Assembly (NCBI GenBank): GCA_002269645.1
Contig: NIVC01003548.1
Coordinates: 42,263-91,901 of the forward strand
Origin: Macrostomum lignano
Lineage: Eukaryota
Reading direction: 5' to 3'
Length of the DNA stretch: 49,639 nt
This document shows positions 31,001 to 49,639 of the stretch, piece by piece (the stretch's first letter is position 1; every line of letters starts with the position of its first letter). Position numbers and translations under genes: made by a program. The notes beneath the pieces are model-generated. The model did not search any database, had not been told where the DNA came from, and was given only the letters and a program-made list of their open reading frames with translations.

Positions 31001-34000
31001 TTACTTTACTGCCTCCTCATTGCTGTCAATCTGAGTATTACGCTACTTATAGTAGTCCATAAGTGCATGAGTCCAAAAAAATGGACAGAAAATAGCAGCA
31101 AAAAGCGCTCACCTGAGTAGACGGCACCGAAGACAGGAAGTCCACCGTGCTGCCGGTGCCGCCGAACACGGACTCGGGGTCCAGGGCGAGGAATTTGCCT
31201 CGATCGAACTCCAGTCGGCCGGTTGACCTTGCCGATTTCACGGCACGAACCAGCGCGTCCAGGTCGTGCTGCAGGCAGGCGTTCTCTTCGCGCAATTCGC
31301 CAACGCTGGCCGCTGCCGCCGCCGCGGCTGCCGATTCTTCGCTTAGTCTGGACAGCTCCCGCTTCTGGGAGGCGTATTCCTGTAAAATTGACGATTGCAA
31401 TAAATTTGCACAGGTTTACTACTGCGTATAGTAGCAAGTGCGGCGTGTTTTCTTTGGCTAAGAGCTCGCAGGCGACTAGCTATAACGGAAGAAGGACTCT
31501 AGACTCGTAAATTTTGCGATCTTTTGCTGATGTGCTTCGCAAGTTTTATTGACCTTTCCGAATTTGGGCACTAAACAGGGCGCCATCGTGGGAGAAGCGC
31601 CATCGTGGGGAAGCGCCATCGTGGGGGGAGCGCCATCGTGGGGAAGCGCCATCGTGGGGGGAGCGCCATCGTGGGGGGAGCGCCATCGTGGGGAAGCGCC
31701 ATCGTGGGGGGAGCGCCATCGTGGGGAAGCGCCATTGTGGGGAAGCGCCATCGTGGGGAAGCGCCATCGTGGGAGGAGCACCATCGTGGGGAAGCGCCAT
31801 CGTGGAGAAGCGCCATCGTGGGGAAGCGCCATCGTGGGAGGAGCGCCATCGTGGGGAAGCGCCATTGTGGAGAAGCACCATCGTGGGGAAGCGCCATCGT
31901 GGGGAAGCGCCATTGTGGGGAAGCGCCATCGTGGGGAAGCGCCATCGTGGGAGGAGCACCATCGTGGGGAAGCGCCATCGTGGAGAAGCGCCATCGTGGG
32001 GAAGCGCCATCGTGGGAGGAGCACCATCGTGGGGAAGCGCCATCGTGGAGAAGCGCCATCGTGGAGAAGCGCCATCGTGGGAGGAGCGCCATCGTGGGGA
32101 AGCGCCATTGTGGAGAAGCACCATCGTGGGGAAGCGCCATCGTGGGGAAGCGCCATTGTGGAGAAGCGCCATCGTGGGGAAGCGCCATCGTGGGGGGAGC
32201 GCCATCGTGGGGAAGTGCCATCGTGGGGGGAGCGCCATCGTGGGGAAGCGCCATCGTGGGGGGAGCGCCATCGTAGGAAAGCGCCATCGTGGGGAAGCGC
32301 CATCGTGGGGAAGCGCCATCGTGGGGGGAGCGCCATCGTGGGGGGAGCGCCATCGTAGGAAAGCGCTATAGTTTTTTGCCATTCTACTGAGACGGCCCCC
32401 TTGCCCTCCCTCTATTAGATGGATTTAAGCGGCCATCTAATGTGATTGGAGCGGTGAATGAAACGTGCGACGCAATCGAATCGATAGCGCTCAGGCCTTC
32501 CGCTTCTAGTTTGATTTTGCTTGATTAAATATGAACAGAATGCACTTTAAAAGAAATATTCTGCTGGATTTATGTAGGTAATTAAAAAATCAATAAGAAA
32601 TTAATAGAAATTAAGCAGCATAGAGTGACAGCAGCCAAATTTATAAATTAGGGTGGTGCAATTAAACCAATTAGTGAATTCAGGCTTAGCAGTAATAAAA
32701 TATTACGATAGAAAATATATAGAAAGTAAGCATTTCATAGTGGCAAGGCGACCCTGCGTAGGCACCCCTAATCTAGAATTATGTGAATATGCGCCCTCTA
32801 GCCTAGAATTATGTGAATAGGCGCCCCCTAGTATAGAACTGTGTGAATAGGCGCCCCTAGTATAGAAATATGTGAATAGGCGCCCCCTAGTATAGAACTG
32901 TGTGAATAGGCGCCTCCTAGTATAGAACTATGTGAATACGCGCCCCTTAGTATAGAAATATGTGAATAGGCGCCCCCTAGTATAGAACTATGTGAATACG
33001 CGCCCCTTAGTATAGAACTGTGGTGAATAGGCGCCCCCTAGTATAGAACTGTGTGAATAGGCGCCTCCTAGTATAGAACTATGTGAATACGCGCCCCTTA
33101 GTACGAGCTATAGAACTATGGTGAATAGGCGCCCCCTAGTATAGAACTATGTGAATAGGCGCCCCCTAGTATAGACCTATGTGATTAGGCGCCCCCTGTC
33201 TAGAATGAACATCGCCAGAGCCGCCAAGTGCAATATTCAGCAAAATAGATAACAGAAAAGGCAAAGCAAGCAGCGACCAAAAGGCAAATTGCGGCACCGG
33301 ATCAGCGAGTCCGGCCTCTTACTGAAGAGTCAAAGCTCGACGCCAGTGTGGTATCGGCGCTGTCGCGAGCGGCGCCAGCCAATGTTTGCGGCGGCGGCGG
33401 CGGCGGCGGCGAGGGCGCCATGAGGTGTGGCGCCTGATTGGCGCCGCCGCCTCCGCGCGCCAATTTAGGCAGCCGAGGCGAAGCGATGGGGTCGCTAAGC
33501 GACTGGAACGCCTCCTGCAGTTCAACTCGCTAAATTGAACGCAAACGCATTAAACAGCAGTTTAGGGCGAATTGTGTTAGTAGCGAATGTTAGATCTCGT
33601 AGTTAATATTTGAAATTCTTGTATTAAAAACACCATTGGATTAGCTTTTAAGCTCTAGAGTTGTCAACGGGATCGCAGCTACACACTTTAAGTCTCAAGG
33701 ATTCAACTACTAGGGGCAGAATGGATGTGAAATCTCCTATGTTTTCACAAGAAATAGCGGTATTACTTTCCTCTGGTTCGTCCGTATTTAATGGTCGGTT
33801 AAAAGCTTTTCAATATGTAAAATGTCCTAATGGCCAGATGTGCAACCGACAGCTCAGCCGCAGCTATTGCGCGGCGCATCTGAAGGCTGCGTACGGCTGT
33901 TCAGTCCAAGGACTGGGGGGTCGCCACACGCACCCTCAATTTCCCCAGCTAATGCTGGCACCCATTTTACAGCTGGGTGGGAGTTAAGTGTTTTGCTCAA

Positions 34001-34692
34001 GGACACAAATTGTTCCGAGTGGATCGAGAATCGAACCCCCGACCTTCAAGTCGTGAGTCTGACGCTCTAACCACTAGGCTACCGCCCCTGAGCAAAGGAA
34101 GCCCCTCATATATTAGAATCTGGATGCAACAGCAGCCGCTCCAAAGTTAGTAGCAGCAATGCAAGCAAAACTCACTGTTAGATAAATTTAAAACAATTAT
34201 TCACTTAGTTGCATGCTTTAGGCAAATCAAGGTCACGCTGAGCCCTGAGCATACACAGGTACAGGCACATGCTCACAGCATGTACAACACATGCATTTGG
34301 CCCTCGCAGGGTTGATTGATTGGGCAGAATCCCACATTAAATGCACCGCTTAATCGCCAGCTTCATCAGTATCGAATTGCGCTCACCTTCCGCCAGCCCG
34401 TCAGCGGCTCCCCCGGCAAGCTGAAGCTGCTGTTGTCCGGCATGGAGCTGACTGTGATGTCGTCGCTCCGCACTGATGAACCGCCAACTCTCTGCTGGAG
34501 AAGCTCCTCGGACAGGGCCAGCCCGGCCGGCCGGACCAGCCCCAGCGCGGTGGTTGGCCGGGCTCGGCCAGGCGGCGTCATGGCGTCGTCCGAGCTGCTG
34601 AGAATGTCGCCAATTGGCATGCTGCCGCCGACGTCGATGTCGCCGAGGTCGGGCTCGACTCCGCGACGCCGCTGGCCGGACGGAGAAGACAT
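10011..34692 (-). CDS. PMFBP1: PMFBP1-like giant coiled-coil protein (~2,250-2,300 aa if one gene)
   Basis: Phase-consistent GT-AG exons: 34692-34387, 33514-33323, (unresolved ~31490-31420), 31379-31113, 28210-28148, 26275-26129, 24993-24856, 24696-24454, 23303-23136, 22227-22051, 21900-21479, 21296-20915, 20260-20009, 18900-18805, 18726-18643, 18332-17928, 17540-17121, 16518-15946, 15442-15069, 14545-13837, 13222-12788, 12581-11901(or 11922), 11153-11115, 10869-10777, 10118-10011 (TGA). The protein is a heptad-rich E/Q/R/L/A coiled coil. The motif SELVVSNVNTWVADQKAANEKLGKKIREQSRAIAAL resembles the recalled PMFBP1 C-terminal QKxANEKLGNxLREQV motif. The gene name is less certain than the gene structure. 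Confidence 0.7.
10200..10700. repeat. 29-bp minisatellite (GAGATGCCAAGACTCAAGGGGGAATTACT)
   Basis: About 17 units; related to the array at 38335-38585. Confidence 0.93.
12605..12730. repeat. 14-bp purine-rich repeat (GAGGCTGGAAGGAC)
   Basis: Several tandem units next to a splice acceptor. Confidence 0.85.
13301..13650 (-). mobile_element. tRNA-derived SINE, copy 2
   Basis: The reverse complement aligns by eye along the full length of copy 1 (833-1162): head GGGCATAGTCTAGTGG...GGCTCGATTCCC, core CCCCCAAGGCACAG-TGAAGTGTACATG..., tail CACACAACCCCCTGCCTCT. Confidence 0.85.
14600..14990 (-). mobile_element. SINE, copy 3 / subfamily with a different head and a tandemly amplified A-box
   Basis: Shares the core GCCAACCCCCAAGGCACAG..GTGTACATG...TGTACAC and GGAATGGGCAG. 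B-box GGTTCGATTCC lies at 14885-14875. A 19-bp unit containing TAGCTCAGCAG is repeated about 5 times at 14899-14989. Confidence 0.75.
15575..15830. repeat. ~36-bp degenerate minisatellite (GTACACTGGGGGTAGAGTTTTTAGAACTGGGG..)
   Basis: About 7 diverged units. Confidence 0.85.
16548..17090. repeat. 15-bp-based minisatellite (GTGATCCCATCCTGT) with higher-order variants
   Basis: Fills intron 17120-16519. Confidence 0.93.
17652..17835. repeat. ~21-bp repeat (GCCGCCATCCCCTCAAACTCG)
   Basis: About 8 units. Confidence 0.85.
18372..18590. repeat. 22-bp repeat (GTGATTCGGGTTATTATGGTGG)
   Basis: About 9 units. Confidence 0.88.
18905..19005 (-). mobile_element. SINE core fragment, copy 4
   Basis: The reverse complement GGGCCAACACCAAGGCGCAGTGTACATGCCTGACGATGAGAAAGTAGCTGTACAC matches the shared core. 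Confidence 0.65.
19010..19980. repeat. 20-22-bp minisatellite (AGATCTACAAGATAGAATCGC family), degenerate
   Basis: Same family as 25125-26110. Confidence 0.93.
20283..20862. repeat. 16-bp G-rich minisatellite (GGGTGATTGGGGTGGT)
   Basis: About 36 units. Confidence 0.95.
22240..22965. repeat. 20-21-bp purine-rich minisatellite (GAGAGTGAGGGGTGAGATGGG)
   Basis: About 35 units directly adjacent to an acceptor. Confidence 0.95.
23410..23423. promoter_or_regulatory. RFX X-box-like motif GTTGCTATGGCACC (intronic)
   Basis: One mismatch from GTTGCTATGGCAAC; lies about 105 bp upstream of exon 23303 on the - strand. Confidence 0.4.
23900..24415. repeat. 23-bp minisatellite (CTCACTGTCTGATCCCCTCTCCC)
   Basis: About 22 units. 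Confidence 0.95.
25125..26110. repeat. 21-22-bp minisatellite (AGATCTACAAGATAGAATCGC), homogeneous
   Basis: About 45 units. Confidence 0.95.
26590..26603. promoter_or_regulatory. RFX X-box motif GTTGCCATGGTGAC; possible internal promoter
   Basis: Near-canonical palindromic X-box about 315 bp upstream of exon 26275 on the - strand. Confidence 0.55.
27508..28000. repeat. 24/25-bp minisatellite (CAGACTATGACCCACAATGTGTGT)
   Basis: About 20 units with a triplet higher-order pattern. Confidence 0.93.
28348..30926. repeat. 48/61-bp satellite (CACGGGCAGCTCAGCCGCTG[AGCTCAGCCGCTG]AAAGCTACCTGATCTCATCTACCTGAAA) with a 1260-bp higher-order duplication
   Basis: Roughly 45-50 units. Sequence lines from 28381 onward recur identically from 29641 onward. 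Confidence 0.96.
31579..32365. repeat. 16/17-bp GC-rich minisatellite (GCGCCATCGTGGGGAA)
   Basis: About 48 units. Confidence 0.95.
32755..33200. repeat. ~30-bp minisatellite (GGCGCCCCCTAGTATAGAACTATGTGAATA)
   Basis: About 14 units. Confidence 0.92.
33780..34088 (-). mobile_element. tRNA-derived SINE with CORE-like central domain
   Basis: Reverse complement: GGGGCGG-TAGCCTAGTGG (A-box) ... GGTTCGATTCTC (B-box), then GTGTCCTTGAGCAAAACACTTAAC..CCCAGCTGTAAAATGGG, which resembles the MIR/CORE consensus CCTTGGGCAAGT.ACTTAAC...CTGTAAAATGGG. The 3' boundary is approximate. Confidence 0.75.
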
Positions 34693-35477
34693 TGGGGCCT
34701 TGAGTGATGGCGAGCGCGGCCTCAGCTGAGGATTTCTGTTAATTTATGATGCCAATTAATTACTGCGCGGCCACCACCTTCGCAGGGACGAGGCCGAGTT
34801 GAGCCGGGCAGCATGCAAGAGAGAGAGTTTTGAGTAGTGCCGAGATTGCACAGCTTGTGTGTGTGAGGGGGGTGGCTGCTTGAGTTTGAGCAAACAGCTG
34901 GGGAGAAGAGGCAGCCAGATGTACTGCTGGTATGACCCTTGGTCTCAACCTTCAGTGTGCGCCACTCTGCATTCACTAAAATTGCTTGCTTGCTGCCTGG
35001 TTTGCTTTTTCTTGCCTGTCTGAGCCAGGAGTCGGGGGGGGGGGTGCAAGAGAAGGAGGGAGAGGTGGCGGTGACGGAGAAGGCAGCGCGATGCAAGCAG
35101 AGCGAGTCATTGCAGCCTCCCCCCCAAAAAAAGCACTCTACTCTACTCTAAGTCTAAGGAGCGGATCGCAATTTCAATGGAGATTGCCGTGCACAGAATA
35201 AGAAAATTGCCGCAGCCAGCACTAAAGCTGGATTTATTTCGCAGGCAGCTCTCATTAGCAACCAGCAGGGCACACAGTATAGCCAAAGTCAGGGGTGGGC
35301 GCTGTGTGCATGGTGAGGCATTGCTGCGCCAATTGTGCGTACAAATTCATTTGAGCCTAATTTGTGTTCACTTGCGTGTTTGTGTTTGTGTATCTGAACA
35401 ATTGTTCATTGTTGTTCATACTACTTTCGAGTAGTTAAATTAAAAAGTGTGTACACGCACCATCTGGAATTTGTCAA

Positions 35478-35825
35478 CTAATCTAACCTCGTGCTCAATT
35501 CATTTCAACACGGGATACTCGGAACCCGATACGTTTATAATCTCTATATTTTTATGGGTTGCTTTCATAAACGCGAAACTTCACAACCGCTAAAAAGACT
35601 GCAGTACATGAAAGTAATAAGTGCAAAAAATTTTGCGACATCAATTTTGATCTACATCAATACTTGACTAACCTCGTGCTCAATTCATTTCAACACGGGA
35701 TACTCGGAACCCGATACGTTTATAATCTCTATATTTTTATGGGTTGCTTTCATAAACGCGAAACTTCACAACCGCTAAAAAGACTGCAGTACATGAAAGT
35801 AATAAGTGCAAAAAATTTTGCGGTT
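35478..35825. repeat. Direct duplication of ~160 bp (35478-35637 and 35667-35822)
   Basis: Two essentially identical blocks beginning CTAACCTCGTGCTCAATTC. Confidence 0.9.
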
Positions 35826-35957
35826 GTGAAGTTTTGCGGTTATGAAGTTTCGCGTTTATGAAAGTGACTACAAAAAATTAGCGGTTGTGAAGTTTCGCGG
35901 TTATGAAAGCAAGTGCTTTTAGCGGTTGTGAAATTTTGCGTTTGTGAAACCCACCCC
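35728..35957. mobile_element. MITE-like element with ~35-bp imperfect terminal inverted repeats and internal sub-repeats
   Basis: Left GGGTTGCTTTCATAAACGCGAAACTTCACAACCGC versus right GCGGTTGTGAAATTTTGCGTTTGTGAAACCCACCCC; GCGGTT(G/A)TGAAGTTT(C/T)GCG is reiterated. No clear target-site duplication was seen. Confidence 0.55.
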
Positions 35958-37955
35958 AGAGGGAAGGCCTGGCTGCATTTTGCCCTTTTAAAAAAATTCG
36001 GAGTCTTCTCCCACTAGGGGCAATTAATATCCGGTTTCAATTCGGCGCTTAAATTGACAATTACTGATAGCTGTAAATTCTCTCAATAAAATTAAAATGC
36101 ACATATAAAATATTCCAATGATAATTTGTAGTACGCTAATAATACATAAGGACTTCAGTACTGCAATACAAATAATTTGCTACATTGATATAAGATACAG
36201 CTGGCAAACTCATGTAGTAATTAACTGCTTGTAGATGTACTTGGACATTTCAAACCCAAAATTTCTTGAAAAATCCAAATGAAGTCTTTTGAAAATGACT
36301 AATGAAAACTTAGATTCAAAAATTTTTTGGCTATCATATGTACTTTATCTACATCAATACTTGACTAGCTAGTTGATACACCACCTTTAAAGACATCATT
36401 TTTTGTAGAATTTAGACCCGAATAAATAACAATGCACTAGTGCAAAAGCAATCAGCGATTTTATGGCTTCTTATAATTTTTAATAACTCTCATTTTTCCT
36501 ATAATTACTCGCATATTTTTTTGCGTGTAAGAGGTAAATGTAAATTTCTAGTCGTTAAATAAAATAAAAATAATATGTATAAAACTAAAGCTTGCATACT
36601 AAGTCTAAGGAGCAAAAAACTAACAGAACTTAATTTTATACCAAATGAACATACAAAAGATAGAAACAGCACAATATTGGAGTTAAAAATTAAAAAAATT
36701 ATTTTATCTAGATTATTCCTCAAAAAGAATTAGCTTTAAGCTAAAAAAGCTAAGAGAAGCTTATTCAGTAAGTAGTTACTCAAATGTATAGACTTTAACA
36801 TACACTGACAATTATCCGTATTCGCTTAAAACGTATTGAAACAGTGGTAAACAAATTCTTAACTAATAGTTAACGAGTTCTCTTGTAAACTTTAAGTTGT
36901 TGAAGTGGGATCGACTGAATATTCAACAAAGAATGAAAAACTAAATTATTTAGACGCTATTCAAAGTTAAAAGCTTTTTGCTACTGTCAGTGCAGAAAAA
37001 AAACAATAAAAAACTTATTGATGAATTTACAATTGTAAAAGTATTTTTATGAACCTGTTGCTAAAAAATGTATCACACTTGTTATTATGTTTGGCGAAAT
37101 TTTATTTTCGAGGAAGCCCAAATTCAACTTCAAAGAGTTATTCAGTTTTTACTTGACACGGTTTAGTATGAATTGTTACACAAATCTACTGTTGATTTCG
37201 AGATGTAAGATTATAGGTTCGATCAGTTTGTTAGGATTGTTCGGAAGGTTAGTATTAGCTTGGACTATTGTTTGAAAAAACAGGGTTTGTGATGAAAAAC
37301 CTTATATATTTCTGTTAAATAAGAATTCTCTTGAGAATCGCTTTTCAAATGCTTGAAAAATAGTTAAGGGAATTCTCTGTCATGTAAAGCATTATAGAAC
37401 TTATACGAACGCTAATTAAATTGCAAACAAAATGTCTGAAAAATAGGATTCTAGAAAAAATATTACAATTACATATAGGTTCTCTAGACTGACAGTAGTT
37501 TGTTACTTTACTCAATTCTCATCCTTATTTTTATATTTGTACATATAATATTGGCTATAAAATGGTAAAAAAGTTTATCTAATAACTTTTAAAAGTGACT
37601 GAAAACATCAATTGTATATTAAATATATTTAGTAATCTTTATTTAGAAATAGTGTTTTTGAAATAGTACTGCACTAAAATCAAATAGAATAAAATAGATT
37701 AACACATTTTTAAAAGCATTATATTATTATTCAATTTGTCTAATTATGTGATTAGAGATTAGCCAGATTAAAATAAATACGTTTTTGGCTCCATGCAGAA
37801 TTTATTGGTTATTTGACTCATCAATAAAAGCTAATTTGGCTTGTTAAGGCTAGGTAAAACATTATTGATGACACAATAACTATCTTCACTGTCAATTCCA
37901 GGTCGATCAGATTTTACTTTGATTAGACTGATCTCAGCCAATTTCAATCATTGCC

Positions 37956-47899
<9,944 letters not shown>

Positions 47900-49639
47900 C
47901 GACTGACAATTTTTTAAGTCTGAGCATTTTCATTATATATTTTTAATTTGGACTATAGTCTCTTTATTTATATTCTGCGCTGTGATCTGTTGAAACAATA
48001 AATTTTGTGTTTATCGGGAATTCCACAATATATTTGTTGTATTATATATATCATCGGCTTTGTGTATTCAATATTGTATTGAAATATACATGTACACGCA
48101 GCAAAATTATAGTTTTATTGATTTTATACGTAAAACAGACTGTGCTGGCTTTGCCTCAAAATTACAAAAATGTTGCCGTTTTTATTTTGTGGTTTATTTC
48201 ACTTTAGAGCTTGATTTCTTGCTACAAAGTTCAAGAAAGTTCAGCACATTCAATAGCTATTGAAATAAATTCGTCCAGATGTGTTGATAGATAAGTTCGT
48301 GTAGAATTGTTTTCTAACTTACATAAACCGTATGTACGTGTACTTTACTGCTGTTAGTGCAATTCAGTGGCAGGTCAGATCAGAAAAATCGATTTAGCAG
48401 CTGATTAAACTTATTACAGTACATTTTTTACATTTATGCAAACAAGGTGCTAGCTTTACCTTAAATTTTTTACCATCCTATCGCAAAGTGTTTTAATTAA
48501 CATAAAATTAATCTCCGCATAGCTGATTATGCAAGATTTAACAATTTAAATTGGGATATATTTAGATTCGAAATGTATACATCAAAGATTCAAATAGTTT
48601 ATTTACACGAAATTTAAGCACGATAACTCAAATTCTAAATGAGAACTGCCGAATTTTTTAAACTGAAAGCGTGATATTCGAACTAAATTGTTTTTTAGAG
48701 ATAGCTTCAGAACCGAGGAACAAACACTGGTGAAAATTACCTTTAATATACGTTTTAACCTTTTTCAAAAGTTGCGTAAAGCCTCCTAGTCCTACCTTAT
48801 CATGACTGACTTTGGTAAGTCACAGTTATTTTTGTGATAAAGAAGAGCATGACTATTTGTTACTTTTCCTTTTTTTCATGATGTTATTGTCTTCGTGTCT
48901 ATTGAATTATAATTTTAACATCAAAATTGTCTTAGTTGATCAGTCCATTTGGAATGCCATGGGGGAAGTTAGTACTACTAAGTAGTATTTTTTTTATTTC
49001 TGATTAAGTAATTACAAAGCTAAGTACACTGTGTACAGATTGGTCAATTGTTTCTCTGGATCTGAAGCTTTTGATCATTCAAATATGAACTAGGAAAACA
49101 AGACTAAATAATGTTGAACTAATTTTGTTTATTTTTTGTTTAGGCTACCTTACTATAAGTTATATTATATTATAAGTTTTTAGATATCATTATATTATAC
49201 CATATTTTATTTTTTTAGGTATACTATAGCTACTGGTATAGTAACTAAACAATATAAATTAATATACCTAATTTAGTTAAAGCAAAAAGCTTTTAACTTT
49301 TTAGATATAATCAAAAAGATATATCAATACATAATCAAATGATATATAGTTTGTTTCAAATGAGCCTTTTATATTGTGTTCATATTTTAAATTTTCTTGT
49401 TTTGAATGTTTTTAAAAAAACATTTTATATTATTATGCTAGAACTATTACTATTCAATTCTGAGTGCTAAATATATGTCTACTAACATTTTTATATATGA
49501 CTATATGCTTGACCTTAGCCTTACTTAGGATGATAATAAGACTAGCTATTATCAACTATATTGATATGTATTTTATATTTTATATAGATTAACAAATTTA
49601 AAGCAATGCGTTCAAGTATATAATTTTTTTGCTAATATA

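Noticed and set aside
34020-34088. tRNA-Val(CAC) gene (and a tRNA at 833-900)
   Set aside because: The acceptor stems do not pair properly and the heads run into SINE bodies, so these are treated as tRNA-derived SINE heads. tRNAscan-SE would settle it.

Overview
Eukaryotic (metazoan) genomic DNA, not prokaryotic: GC-rich GT-AG exons are separated by introns that nearly all hold their own micro- or minisatellite. This pattern resembles a free-living flatworm such as Macrostomum, but the taxon is an inference. Four protein-coding genes can be reconstructed by hand. (1) A CEP89-like centriolar coiled-coil gene (+, ~0.1-6.8 kb). (2) A very large (~2,250-2,300 aa) PMFBP1-like coiled-coil gene (-, 34.7-10.0 kb) that may actually be two transcription units. 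(3) WDR13 (+, 37.96-47.9 kb). (4) A RING/B-box/coiled-coil/NHL (TRIM-NHL-like) gene nested antisense in WDR13 intron 3. The window also holds a small orphan Cys-rich transmembrane ORF at 7.1-7.4 kb, a tRNA-derived SINE family (4 copies with a shared covarying hairpin core and different heads), a CORE-like SINE, a LINE remnant, a MITE-like element, two intronic RFX X-box-like motifs and about 25 tandem-repeat arrays. About seven apparent single-base frameshifts cluster at 44.4-47.8 kb. No CRISPR array, rRNA or bona fide tRNA gene was found. All exon coordinates were derived manually, and homologue names come from recalled motif similarity, not database searches.
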